A stretch of DNA of 64,000 nt. It comes from Podarcis bocagei (Eukaryota). A program made the position numbers and the translations under genes. The notes under the pieces were generated by a model that was not told the DNA's origin, searched no databases, and saw only the letters and a list, made by a program, of their open reading frames with translations. Location of the stretch: NCBI GenBank assembly GCA_964188305.1, contig OZ076896.1; one strand, given 5' to 3'. Positions 1 to 13,630 of this stretch are shown one piece after another. Each line of letters opens with the position of its first letter. Positions within the stretch are counted from its first letter, which is position 1.

Positions 1-1894
1 AGGATCCTTCCACTCACCTTCCTCTCACCTGCTGTGATGTACATCTGAACTGCAGGATAGGGCAAGGGGACAGAAAAAAGATGCCTATACTGAGACTTGG
101 CCAGGAATCATACATGCAAACAGAAGTGAATGGTAAATACTGCAAAGTAGTATATTTCCGATTCCCTGATAATTTAGTCCATTGCTTTATCTTCAAATAC
201 GCTTTTGGCTTAGTTCCACTTGGTTAAACATGCAAGTATTTGGATTGAAGATGATGTGATCCTACTCAGTTCAATAGGATTAAACTGATATGAATCCAGA
301 TCCCTGAACTTTTTTTTAATGAGCTTTGGATTGGGCTCTTGGTCTTTTTGTGCTGCTGGCCTCTCCATTTTCTGAGTTCAGCTGCCCTGTGTTTTAAGAC
401 TGTTGATAGGACTATCAGAAGCTGCCTTATATCAAGTCAATTCCATTGGAACATCTAGCTCAATATTGTCTACTCTGACTGGCAGCTGCTCTCTGCAGTT
501 TCAGACAGGGAACATTTCCAGTCCTACATGAAGACACCAAGGATTAAACCTAAGACCTCTAGTCTACAAGCTATTTCAAAATTTTCTATTACTATTTATT
601 ATCTGCTTTGTTTTATAAGTGGAATTATTGTTTTCCCGGTATATGTGTACCCCCAATCCTAAAATCAATTAGATATAGGATTAGGATTATCAGTATTTAA
701 ATGAATGAATGGGCCTGTTCCAGTTTGGCAAACCCTGAGTCCCTTTGTTGTAAACGAAATGGTTCTCTGTTTGTTAGTAGTATTGAGAATATCAGTAGAA
801 AAGCTAATCAACCAAAACCCACCCAAATTCCTTTTGTTACAAAAATAAAAAAAATCTTACCCCTGTTTTGTAATTATTATGCTCATTTTTCAAGCAAATC
901 CGAATGGCAGCATCCTCTTCCCCCAAATTATATATTTTTATTTGATTAGCTCATGTCATCGAATCACTTCAAAGCTGTTATTTTGCCAATGTAAATGTTT
1001 AAGGGATGTTAATGTTTTCATGGTGAATTATTCCTCCTGCTGAAGGGAAAAGAGTATGGTTTAGTTTGCCTTGAGTCAGTGAGCTCTGGATGTAGCTGAA
1101 CATGTACCAGATGTGATTTATAGGGTTTGGTGGTGCAAGTGACATAAATCATGTGCTGCACACAGGTAAGGCAAGCGCCATGCTCACTGAGTTCATGTCA
1201 TAAAACATTTTAATGTTTCTGTCAGTGAACTTAATGCTCATCTCCAGACGGCAGGAACGGCATGGAATATTCAAGCAACAAAGAAGAAGGAAGGATGAGG
1301 AAATTAACCTAACATAAACTACATTAAAAGCATATTTATGATCTGGTATGACCTTTCAAAAGGAGAATAAATCTACAGCCTAAAGATCCCACTCTCATGA
1401 TTTTGGCCGCAACGGGGCATCATTCTTCAAGCAGCCAAAAACGATTAGGAGTTAGCCAAGATGAGGTGGGTGTCTTTCTTCCTAAATAACATTTTCAGTT
1501 TATCATTCCAGTGAAATATCTTTTTTTTCCCCTAAAGATGAAAAGTACGTATTTGCAAGCTTTGGGTTTATTTTATTTTTAAGTTAGAGTCCAATTAAAT
1601 ATGACGCTCAAGATAGGGGAGAAAAGAGCCAAGCCTGCTGTTTTTTGATTCACATTTGTCAAATAACAGCTCCCCTCGCTCCCCCACTGGCTTAAAAAAC
1701 AAAACATTGAGGGCTGTTTAAAAAAGCTGTTTGTGATGCGGCATTGAGGTTGGGGTTCTTCTATTTTTAAAAACATCAATTCTAAGCATATTTGCTCAGA
1801 AGCAAGTCCAACTATGGTTGTCTGTGTATGAATGGTTTAAACGCAGCTAGGTTGTTCTTTTCTCAATTTGGATTGAAGCTGATGGGGTGAGGGC

Positions 1895-2232
1895 AGACCC
1901 TCCAAGTGTCCCTACTTTCCAGGGACATCCCTGATTCAGAGAAGCCATTCTGGTTTCTGATTTGATCCCGGAATGTCCCACTCTTCCTTAGGATGTCCCT
2001 ATTTCCACTGGAGAATTGTTGGAGGTTATGGAATTATCCAACTCCCTGAGCCGTCTGAAGGCAATCTTGTATAGGGAAGGTTTTTTATGTTTAATATTTT
2101 ATTATGCTTTTATATATATATTGGAAGCTGCCCAGAGTGGCTGGGGCAACCCAGCAAGATGTGTGGGGTATAAATAGTAAAATTATTATGGAATGGGACA
2201 TCCCTATTTTCACTGGAGAAATGTTGAAGGGG
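1895..2232 (+). mobile_element. Non-autonomous DNA-transposon-like element containing an L2 3' end fragment
   Basis: Repeated TCCCTATTT(C/T)CACTGGAGAA motifs flank a segment (about 2050-2185) matching the L2 3' ends at 8.4 kb and 55.3 kb. Confidence 0.5.
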
Positions 2233-5187
2233 GGGAATGCATCAAAACACATTATTTCTTAAGAAGCAGAAAGGGTAGAGCATAGATATCAGCGATGGGA
2301 ATGTGCTGGATGCAGATTATATGAGAGTGAGTAATACACAGGCTCAGTTCAATGGGGCTTTCTCCCAAACCAGTATTTTCATGGAATCACAGTGAAGTGT
2401 GGGTGGGCTCAGGTATGACCCAAGGCCAAGATTCAGCTCCGAAAGGATTCATCACAACACCAGGAACAAGAAAAACAAGAATGACAAATAAGGGCACTTG
2501 GCCCAGTATATATACCTTAAGCCGGCCCAGTAAAAACACACACATCACCTGTGATAGGTCACCTTAATGCTGCAATTAGCGAATCACAACACTGACTGGC
2601 CCTATCTCAGCAGGGATTGGCTGCCTGCCAGCTACTAACAATGTCACTGGAGGGTTTTATAATCTTCTCTGTCTTTTGTTATGCCGATGAAGCTCCTGAG
2701 CTGCAGGAAGCCTGAAGACCTAGGCCTACATTGCATACAGCTTGGCTTCAGTCTACAATGGCTGCATACATAACACACAGCACGTTAAGGCCTTCTGCGG
2801 ACACAGTACAAGCCTTTGGGGGCAACTAAACATGCTCTCTAGATCCTCACAATATTAGCCGCCCCGGGGAGAAAGGTTGATTTAATTTAACTGTTTCCAT
2901 GGCTATGCTGTTTTCATTGTATCTTTTTGAATTTAAGGGTGTTTATTGTTCATCTTTGGATCACATTGTTGTGTATTTTAACTTTGCACGCCTTTATTTT
3001 TTTATAATAGTTTATAGTTGTAAACTGTAGAGTAGCCATTTTGGCAAGTATGTGGAATATACAACACAGTAACAACAACTACATATATAGAAGTGGGGCT
3101 AATTTTTGAAAGGGTGAGAATTTCTAGCCATACAAATTCAAACAGAGCACAATTCAGTGGACATAGTTAGGTATATAAGAGCATAAGAAGACCTGTGCAG
3201 GATTAGGCCAATGGCCCATCTAGTCCAGCATCCTTTTCTGACAGTGGCCACCCAAGCGCTTGTGGGAAGACCATAAGCAGGACTTGAGTTCGAGAACACT
3301 CTCCCTCCCTGAGGTTTGCAGCAACTGGTATTTCTATAAAGGAGACAGATTTGTTTGTAAGCTGAATGATGTCCATGTATGCATGAATCAGGCCTGACTC
3401 TTTATTCCCAAGTATACCAGAACCCAGCAGTCAGTGTGAAAGAACCAACAATGGTGTTGATAGCAAGCAGCAGCTTGGACAGCCTGTGAGCTCACGGTCA
3501 CACGATGTGTTTGCAAAGAAGAACTCGTTAGAAGTCCTTTGCATTCCAAAATCAGCCTCCCGGAAACAGCATGATTCTCTCTTTTTTCTCGCCTGCGCTC
3601 CTGGATGTGTGTATGAAAGATGCGCTGTTTATTTTTCTGGCACAGAGCTAACTTTAAAATGTGATTACTTTAATTGAAGAAAACATTTCCTGACAGCTTG
3701 AGAATCAACATTTGAAGCAAATCATCCCCATTTGCTTATAGGGAAGGCGAGTGCACTCTAGCCTGTTTAATCCCCCATGAATCGCAGGCGAATTCATGTT
3801 AACTGCAAAGCCATTTGGTTGCGAAAACAAAATGTTGCAGAGCCGTGTGAAACAGCTTGCCCTCAATTATACAGCTTTGCCCAGGCATAGTGTTTGGCTA
3901 ATTGTATTTATTTTGCAAAGGGTCTGGCATAATTCCTTTGAAAATTCTCTAGCAACACAGACATAATGCAGTGTGCTTTAGATGACTGGCTTGCAGTGGG
4001 AGAGAGAAAAAACCCTTTGTAATGTTCTCTGCATTGATCTGAATTGGTATGTGTGTGGGGAGAAGGCATATTCCTTAGACTCTAATGTGGGGCCCAAAAC
4101 ACAAATGCTCAGTTTTCGCAATGAAATTGAGCATCACCTGTTATGGTTGCCTTTGGATTGGTGTGTGTGTATGTGAATGACTTGCTCCTGTACTTTGAAC
4201 AGCAGCTTGATGTGTAGGAATTAGTGGGTAAAGTGTTTCATACATCTGCTAATGTTTGCATGTTAATTCATAGGAGCAGGGGCACATTATAATTTTTGCT
4301 GCTGCTGCTGCTGCTGCTGTTGTTATTATCATATCCCGCCCATCTGACTGGGTTGCCCCAGCCGCTCTAGGCAGCTTCCAACATATATACAGTAACAGCA
4401 TAATAAAACCCACAATTCTTTTACCACGTTATCCGTCATGGCTTCTACCAAATAATCCTTGGAGCTGTAGTGTTTTAAGAGTGCCAGGAATTGTAGCTCT
4501 GAGAGTGGGGGTCCTCCTAACTGCTGTCAACCCTCTTAACAAAACACAGTTCCCAGAATTCTTTGGGGGAAGCCATAACAAGTGGTAGACAAGTGCTTTA
4601 AATATCTGGAGTGGATGTGAGTGGTTGACGCTGTAAGAATGCATTCATGATGGATCATTGATACTGAACAGTCAATGCGTCACTCTGCTTTGTTAGTTGT
4701 GTTGTGGTGCCATTATTGTCATTTGGAGGGGCAGAAAACAAAACAAAATCACAACCACACCCAGAATATCTGTTGTATAAAAAGGTTACAAGTTGTTTAC
4801 CAGGAAGCTATGGGACAGACACCGATTAGAAACGGAAGCAATATGATCACCCTAAACCTTTTGCAAGTGCAAAAATGGGGTCGTGTGTAACTGCCCCAAT
4901 ACCATCATAAACACAAATCATCATGAATGGACAATTTTAAGAAGGGATGTCTTCGGGGGCCTTCAGAGTTGAGCAATGATTTGTACCTGGATTTCCCACA
5001 CTCAGATTCATTACTCTAGCCCCTACCTCCACACGCCCTCCAAGCTTTCCAAGGCAAATCCTTTTATTCCAGTGTAGTTTATCCCTTTAAACTTAGATGC
5101 ATAAGCTGTCCTGGTATAAAAGGCTCTTTGCTGATCATCACTGAGCTTTTCCATCTATAGCTGCAGATGAAACCTCAACATATTTAT

Positions 5188-5324
5188 TAAGGTTACCAAG
5201 TTATTATTTTTCAATGAATCCGGGGACACTTTTCAACTTCCTACTAAATGGATGATTTTTGTGAGGGGACTGATTTGTAAATCTGGGGACTGTCCCCGGG
5301 AAACAGGGGTGTCTGGTAACCTTA
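5188..5324. mobile_element. Short MITE
   Basis: Terminal inverted repeat TAAGGTTACCA (5188-5198) / TGGTAACCTTA (5314-5324). Confidence 0.6.
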
Positions 5325-5460
5325 GCCTAGGTCTGCTGTGGTCCTGTTGTTTTGGAGGAACTTTCCAAACTGCTTCACTACAGATACTAACCAGTTGTGA
5401 CAATTCAGCAGATTCCAGGTGAAAATGTGCTGCTTGAAACTTTGGGATTTTGAAACAGTA

Positions 5461-5685
5461 CAGTGGTACCTCGGGTTAAGTACTTAATTCGTTCCGGAGG
5501 TCCGTTCTTAACCTGAAGCACCACTTTAGCTAATGGGGCCTCCTGCTGCCGCCGCGCCGCCAGAGCACGATTTCTGTTCTTATCCTGAAGCAAAGTTCTT
5601 AACCTGAAGCACCATTTCTGGGTTAGCAGAGTGTGTAACCTGAAGCGTATGTAACCTGAAGCGTATGTAACCCAAGGTACCACTG
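5461..5685 (+). mobile_element. Tc1/mariner (Tigger/pogo-like) MITE, copy 1
   Basis: TIRs CAGTGGTACCT...AGGTACCACTG, TA target duplication, internal TAACCTGAAGC repeats; near-identical copies at 29908 and 62555. Confidence 0.9.
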
Positions 5686-8296
5686 TAGTAGGAAATGTAC
5701 AGTAAAGAGTATTACTCAATTTTAATCCTTTGTACTCCCAAGCATTTGCTGTTACTTAATTCCAGGTGTAGTTAGCTGCTCAGGTACCCAGGATGGCACA
5801 CACGCTCTGTGCCCGGGGGTCTGGGCACGCTGCACGGAGCCTCCATGGAGTCCACCCACCGCCTCCCCCTCAGTAAATAAGCCATATATCATAAAAACAC
5901 TACAGCCTCTGCTGTCCCTCATTCCAAGGAAACCGAAGCCTGTGTAAGTACCTGGAACAAGTGGAATCTCGCACTGTTCAGAGACTGGGGTAGTGTGCAA
6001 TAGCATTTTTAAATTGTTCAACTTTACCCCTTAACAAGCTACAGTTCCCATGATTCTTTGGGGGAAGCTAGATGCTTTACATCTGCTTTAAATGTATAGT
6101 GTGGATTCGCCCATGGAATGCCTTCAATAGGCAACAACTGCTTCTTCGTTTAGGGACATGTTCCTTGGCTTCATACTAGAACCCTCCACATATTATTTCA
6201 GACAAATCCCCCATCATTGCCCATGCCTATTGGTCCTACTGGCTGGGACTGGTGGAAGCTATATTCCAAAACATCTACATAGTGTACTAGGGTGTTGAAG
6301 GCTGGGCTAGAGGTTGGGACCCAAAGCCCCTGAACCCATTGGAGTGACTCTACAAATCTCAGCCCCCTTACCAGTTCCCTTCAGAAACATTCAAATGACC
6401 GGGAGTGTGTGTGTTCTTTCCTTCGACTTGCCACGTGTGAGATGATTCTGCCCTTAGGTATTCCTTCCAGAGTACCTAAGCACAAAAGGAAAACACAGCA
6501 CCAACCCTTCCTCTAGCTAGAGCAGTGCAAACATTTCGTTAAACCTTCGTATCTCAAGGGGGAAATTGACAGAGTAAACTTTTCACCCAGAAAGCCCAGT
6601 TTAGACAGCCCTGAGGTTGAATCCTCCACCTCGTCCCTGCACTCTTACGTCATTGATTTATCCTCTATCCAGCCAGTAAAAGCAAACCCTGTTCTTTGAT
6701 TCCAGCTTTATTACAATGGAAAGGAGGCCAGAGCCAATTACTAGGGCTGTATGTTTTTACGAATGGAAAAGAGGTGCGGAAGCCAGCAAAGTTCCAGCCC
6801 CTCTGCTTGTTTTGCTATTGTCGGCTTGAACACCTTCCCACAAAGTTGGTTGGTTGTGGAAAAGGGTACACCAATCCTCTGGAAGGCAGTAACAGTGTTT
6901 GGATAAGGCTACATCCATTTTAAAGGTCTGCTAAAGCTCATGCTTGCTTCATATTTTTTCTTATAGCCTGTGGCTTCATTGAGGTTCTGAGCTCAGTAGT
7001 TCTGGTTCCTTAAGGGAAGGGCTATAAGAAGCTGATTTATATCAGGTCAGTCCATTGGCCCATTTGGCTGAGTCATGTCTATTGCACTGACTGGCAAGAA
7101 CTGCCCAGGGTTTCAGATGGGAGCAATTGCCAGCTCTATCTGGACGTGCCAGGGAAGAACCTAGGACCTTCTTCCTGCAAAGCATGAGCCCTTCCACTGA
7201 GGTATTGCCCTTCCTCTAAGCTTAGTGGTGGAGCACATGTGAAAGGTGCCAGGTGAAACCACTGGTATCGCCAGGTAGGCAGGGCAGGTCCAAGACATTA
7301 TGGCACCTGAGGTGGACCCCAAAATGGCAACCTCCTCCCCACTGGGAAGAAGGGGTGAGAGAAGATTTACATCAGGAACAAGTGGGAAAAGAAAGACTGA
7401 CATCAGGATCTACTGCCCTGGTGAATTCTGCCGCCTGGGGCAGTCGCCTCACCTTGCCTCCTGGGTGGGCCAGCCCTGCAGAGCTCGGAAAGACTCCTGC
7501 TTCATCCCTAGAGAGCCCCTGCCAAAATGTACAGGCATTCACTGAGCTAGATGGACTGACATTCTGACTTCCCTCATTCCTGTCTCTTGACTCCTTTGCA
7601 TGTTGCTTCTCGCCACTCATAATTGTTATTCTGTGAGTTATTATCAAAGGAGTCAAGAAACAGTGTTAATAAGAAGTCATTGATAGGGAATCATTGCCTT
7701 TGGAGAGGCGTTTTGTTGCATGTCCTGAAATGCAACCCTCAGCTCAGAAACTGGAGCAATGAGATCAACTCCTGGCTGCGAGCAGAGTTTCATTCAAGCC
7801 ATGGGAGTGTGCACTTTGCACAGCATACAGGAGACTACAGGGGGTGCTGAATAAATGTTTATGATTCCTGTTACTGGTGTTACATTTGGTACCAGGAGGA
7901 ATTATAAACATTTATTTGGCATGTGCAGTGTTGTAACAGTTGTAGTAAAATGTATTTATACGTTGTAATACCCCATTCATATATTGCTGTTAAGCAAGGA
8001 GAAGGTTCAAGATCCAAAAAGGCCCTTTAGGTGATAGCAAGTACATTATGCACATTCAGTGAAGTTGTTCTGGTTTATTTTTGTATATCTGCCACTCCCC
8101 CTGCCATCTAGTCTGACCCTAAGCAGATACACCGAGAACTAAGGCCTGCTCTACACATACCATAGAATGAAGTAGGAATGAGGTGTTAAGAGTGGTGTAC
8201 TGTACTACTTTTGGACAATGCGTGGGTCACATTTTTTGACATAGCCCCCTTCACTCAAGTGAACAGAAACTCCTGGCAAGTCAAAACTAACACTGA

Positions 8297-8300
<4 letters not shown>

Positions 8301-8345
<45 letters not shown>

Positions 8346-8800
8346 TTATCCTCTATCCAGCCAGTAAAATAATAATAATCTATTTCATCAGCCACTCTGG
8401 GCGGCTTCCAACAGAATATTAAAATACAATAGTCTATTAAACATTAAAAGCTTCCCTAAATCCCTAAACAGGGCTGCCTTCAGATGTCTTCTAAAAGTCT
8501 GGTAGTTGTTTTTCTCTTTGACATCTGGTGGGAGGGTGTTCCACAGGGCGGGTACCACTACCGAGAAGGCCCTCTGCCTGGTTCCCTGAAACTTGGCTTC
8601 TCGCAGTGAGGGAACCGCCAGAAGGCCCTCGGCGCTGGATCTCAGTGTCTGGGCTGAACGATGGGTGTGGAGACGCTCCTTCAGGTATACTGGACTGAGG
8701 CCGTTTATGGCTTTAAAGGTCAGCACCAACACTTTGAATTGTGTTCGGAAACATACTGGGAGCCAATGTAGGTCTTTCAAGACCAGTGTTATGTGGTATT
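8301..8800 (-). mobile_element. L2-clade LINE 3' fragment with (ATT)n tail
   Basis: Translation HITLVLKDLHWLPVCFRTQFKVLVLTFKA...RAFSVVVPALWNTLP...FRRHLKAALF is typical of an L2 ORF2 C-terminus; microsatellite tail at 8301-8345. Confidence 0.88.
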
Positions 8801-10739
8801 CACTCCTTATATTTGTAGGGAGGGTCGCTGAAGTAGTGTTCTGAAATGCAGGGTGCCTTTCTAGGCTGTTGCTATTTTGCACGTCTAAGGAGAACAACCG
8901 TACATGTGCTGATCTCTGTGCCTGTAGAGCTGAAGAAGTGCATCATCAGGGCTGACCTGAGACATTCTGCTGCCTAAGGCAGAGCAGGAAATTTTGCTTG
9001 CTCCCAAGTCAAGGTATATATAGTACTGAAATCCAGACACATTATTTTGGTACTAGAGGCAGGTGAAAAAGTCCTGCAAGCGGCCCCCCTCCCACCTCTC
9101 AGCATTGTTGTGGCGCCCCCTGCAGCACAAAGATGCTACCCTAAAACCGCCTCTGTTCCTAATAAATGGGCTTAGTGATGATCCCACAGAGACTGCATCA
9201 TCCAGTGAGAGCAACTGGAAAATTGCCCCCAATTTGGGTGCCTTTCTCCCCTGCAACGACTTTTCAAACTCGCCAATAGGATCAGTGAGAAACATGTTTT
9301 ATTTGGCAATCAAGTACTTCAAAGTGGTACTTAAAATCTATCTCCAGGATGCAACTTTTTATGTTTACAAAGTAAGCTGGGTTTTGTAAGAGGCTGTCTT
9401 CACCCTGCCCAGGACCTATCAACATTAAAAACTCCCTCTGGTCTCAGTCAATAGTTTCACAGTGCAGTTTTCTTAGGTCAGCCAATGAATTTTCCATCTT
9501 AGTAAACAGACTCTCCCCAGTCTGGGGAGAGAGGGGGGTGGAAACCTACTCTGTATCTGTTAAAGAGAATGTGACAGATTTTGGTCTGATTCAACAATGC
9601 AGTGCCTGCCTTCTGTTCTAGGACAGGGATGGGAAACTTGTGGTCCCACAGAGTTATTGGACTCCAACCCCATTAGCCTCAGCCAGCATGGTCAATGGTC
9701 AGGAATAATGGAAGTTGTAGTCCAATAACAGCCAGAGGGCTACAAGATCCCCACTCCTGTCCTGGTGCTCAAGATCCAAAGAACTATGCTAAGTTTAGTT
9801 GAACTTGGGGCCGACCCATGGGAAGATGGTGATGTACATATTTAAATCTTTGAACAGCAGGTCCCCCACCTCTATCCCCATGCAAAAGCAGATTGTGAAA
9901 TGGCAAGCAAGTCCTCTCAGGGCCAAACAAGACATGATGTTTTTCTCATCTTTCTTTTTTAATGGCTCTTGGTTTCTTATTCTATTTTTTAGCAAATAGA
10001 AGCCAACACACACACACACACCAATTCAGATTGGGAGCACGAAAGGGACATCATTAAAGCTACACACACACACACACCACGGTCCCAATCCACTCCCAGC
10101 CGCACAAAGGGCTAAAAAGGTTGGCCTTCCGTTTCAAAAGTCAGCTTGCCATGTGGCAAGGTGGTGGCATCTGTTACTCAAGAAAAATAATCCCCCAACC
10201 CCCTAGAGTGCTTTGGAACAATTTGTGCTGTTCTTAAGACTTTTGTCTGCTAGAGTGTCTATCTTTTATAGTTACTACCAAACAACCCAAAAAAACCACC
10301 TTTGAAACAAACGATCAAATCTTAAGAGGCTACAGATGGGAAATACTAATTGCGCACATCTGAAATGGCCAGAATGAAACCATCAGTGGCTCTGGGACGT
10401 CTTGTATCATAATACGCCTATATTCTTTAGTACAATTCCACGGATGCTAGATTGGCATCAACAATTAGTGGACTCCTGCTGTAATAGCTGGTCCCTTCCT
10501 CAGCTGCAATCCTATACTCATTGACCTGATGTAAACCCCATTGACATCTTTGGGAATTACTTTTGAGTAAACATCTATAGTATTGAACTGAACACAGGAC
10601 TCATACCTAACAGGAATCCAAATTTCCTTACTCTGGGTGAAATAATTTGTCCATCTTCCATCTACCTCACAATGTGGTTTGCGCTGACTGGCAGTGCCTT
10701 TCCATTGTTTCCTGTAAAAATCATTCCCATCACCAAACA

Positions 10740-10863
10740 TAGTTCAGTCAGTAGAGCATGAGACTCTTAATCTCAGGGCTATGGGTTCAAGCCCTATGCT
10801 GGGCAAAATATTCTTGCATTGTAGGGAGCTAGACTAGATGACTCTTGTGGTCTATGATTCTAT
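10740..10863 (+). mobile_element. tRNA-Lys(CTT)-derived SINE with CR1-like tail (Squam3-like), CpG-decayed
   Basis: GTAGAGCATGAGACTCTTAATCTCAGGG head with A/B-box remnants; tail ends TATGATTCTAT. Confidence 0.75.
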
Positions 10864-11547
10864 TTTTCCTGCTGTTTGGGGAAGTATTAAGGCAGGGATT
10901 GAACCTGAAGCCTTCCGCATGGGAAGCTGGTTCTCTGCCAGTGCACTATCGTCCCTTCCCTACTCAAATATGGAAAGCCTGCCTCCCACTTCTGGTGTGT
11001 AGGGATGGACTGAAATTACTCCACACTTGCTCAGTGATACTCATTCATTTTGATATCTAGTGATATCCACTGGAAGGAAGCGAGTCCTGGGTCTGGTTTA
11101 AATTAAGACCAAGCTCAATTTAAGCTTCTCCTAGGGAGCAGTTTAATCCAAGCTCTGAACCGAGGCTGTGTACACACTACAGTATAGTCTTGTTACTTTG
11201 TGAGGGTTAAATGACTGTGCTCAGAATTATCTGAGGGAAAGAATGTGCTTCAAATGTGTTTCAAAAGTATATACCGTTAAAATACATTCCAAGCGCATTA
11301 TTCCCCTCAAAGACTTCTGGGAGCTGTAGTTCACTTCTTGCAGAATTGCAGTTCCCAGAAACTGTGAACCAAACTACGGTGCCCATAATTCTTTGAGAGA
11401 AAGAATGTGCTTTAAAGGTATCAAGCTTATAGTTAATGTTTAGCTAGGCTGCAGTGAATGAGAGATGTGAGGCTTGTGTAGGGAAGTTAATGGCACCTGA
11501 CAGTCGCACTTGTATACACAAACTGTAATTGCTGTAAATTCCCATTG

Positions 11548-11770
11548 AGAGCCAGTGTGGTGTTCAGGGCTAAAGGACTGGACTTGAGCCAAAGAGAGCT
11601 TGGCTCAAATTCCTGCTCTGTCATCATGAAGCAAATGGGGTGGCCTTGGAGTGGGTGAGTTTGCACTTCCCTTCTCGGCCTAATTGACCTCACAGGGTAA
11701 CTGGGAGGATAAAATGGCGTCCTCCTCCCCAGGCAGTTTGAGCTCTTTACGGGAAAGGCAGGATCAAGGG
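11548..11770 (+). mobile_element. Old MIR-like/CORE tRNA SINE
   Basis: GCCAGTGTGGTG head and CCTCACAGGG...GAGGATAAAATGG core; related copies near 27940-28085, 28650-28790, 34545-34735 and 62220-62350. Confidence 0.6.
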
Positions 11771-13369
11771 TGGTGAAGAAATATCTGCTTCTCTCCTGAG
11801 ACTCAAGTACAAAAGATGATGTTTTCTTCCCAGAATGGAATAAACATTATTGCCATCTGTAAAAGTATTACAAGGCACTCGAAGTGGGAACAACAAAGAA
11901 GCTGAGACATAAAATAGCAAGCGCAGTCCTATAGGGCTGACAAGTGCCTATGATTCAATTTATCTTTTTTTTAAAAAAGATTCCTTCAGGACTGCTGTAG
12001 TTTGTTATGCACTCCCATTTGTTTCATAGAGATAAGTTTGATTCATGAACTATTTTTAGGAGAGGGTTTTTTCCCTTCTCTTTTTAAGGCCTTGACGTTT
12101 CCAATATGTCAGTCACTTTATATATTGCAGTGTGGCATGTGAATTTATAGCAGGTTATTAAAATGTCCATGTAGGATCTCCATCGCAGCTTGCTCCTACA
12201 TCCTTTTTTTATTACAAGCCGCTTTTTTCAAAAAAGAGAGAGAGAGAATTTGAAAGATTGTGGCTGTACATTTGATGACCTGCGTATGTTGATCAAGGAT
12301 GCTAGAGGGAGAAGGCGCAGTGCAGGAAATCCCATCTGAACATTCAACTGCTGGTTGGCAGGAGTACGTTAACCTGTCAATCACGTCGCTGACTTTGAAT
12401 GTGCTCCGTAGTAAAGCGTCTTCTCTGAGGAATCTGGCTTCATAAAAGTTTTGCTGGTCCTTGATGTTCTCAGCAGAGGATAGGAAGGAAAACATGGCTC
12501 TGAATAGCTCACATTGATTGCAGCAAATCGAGTGGAGGAGGGCAAGCTGCGGATCCCTGCTCTGAGCCGGTGCGTTACAGAACTGAACGTCTATTCATAG
12601 CTACTGGACTGGCTCCAAGTCCGGAGCATAAATTTGCTTGTATCATCTTTTGCAGAGAGGAATTGTAGTCCCCAGTGCCTCCCGTTTGATTCGGGAAGAC
12701 TGTTTATTTGTTTAGGCCTGTAATGATATTATCCACAGGGCTAGAGCCACACAGGGAGGATCAGGAATTCCTGGAGGAGAAACTGTGTGTTTTATTACCC
12801 TGACAGCCTTTCGTGACACAAGCCAACAGTGACTTTTGTTTGTTGTTACTCTCTCGACGGCTGTTGCTCCTTCTCCAGGCAAAATAGAGGGAGATCCTCG
12901 AAGAGCGAGCAAGCAAAGCAAAATCTGGTCTGGCATCTTGCAGTCAATAAGTCAGAGAGGACTTCTGCTTTCCCCACTTAACTGTATAGTTTGTTTTATA
13001 ACCCAGTGAAGCTGCACAGCAAGGACTTTATAGAGGGTGGACCCCCCCCCCAAAAAAAGGCCTGGACATTTCTAATGTGGCATGGCATCTAATGTATCCC
13101 ATGCATATTTACTCATAAATATGTCCCAAACTGTTCAACTGGGGTTCCTCTTTCATTAGGTGCATGTTACAAGGCTGGTAAGCTTTTTTCACCCTAAGGT
13201 TCCCTTCTGGACAAGCTTTCAAGGGCCACATGCAAGTGGTGGTTGGGCCAAAGGCAAAAGTGGACAAAGCAAGAAGTGTACATTTTACCTTTGTATGGTA
13301 GGCTGGTTTCTACACCCACAAACACACACATACCCTCTGTATCCTCCATGCAGGAAACCAAGAATTAAT

Positions 13370-13630
13370 ATCTAAAGGGTTGTCCCATGGAAGAAGGAGC
13401 AAGCTTGTTTTCTCCTGCTTTGGAGAGGAGGTTCTGAACCAATGGCTTCAAGTCAGAAAAAAGGAGATTCCGATGAAACATCAGAAAGAACTTTGTGACA
13501 GTAAGAGCTGTTTGACAGAGGAAGGTGCTGGACTCTCCTTCCTTGAAGGTTTTAAGCAGAGGTTGGGTGGCCATCTGTCATGGATGCTCTGGTTGAGATT
13601 CCTGCCAGCTCTACAATTCTATGGTTCTAA
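13370..13630 (+). mobile_element. CR1 LINE 3' fragment
   Basis: Typical CR1 3' sequence (...GACAGTAAGAGCTGTT...GGTTTTAAGCAGAGGTTGG...GGCCATCTG) ending ATTCTATGGTTCTA. Confidence 0.8.

Noticed and set aside
2390-2592. Possible solo LTR
   Set aside because: No clear TG...CA termini with a matching TSD could be established.
5505-5675. Recurrent TAACCTGAAGC units resembling a CRISPR-like array
   Set aside because: Internal subterminal repeats of a mariner MITE, present in all three copies; irregular spacing, eukaryotic context, no cas genes.
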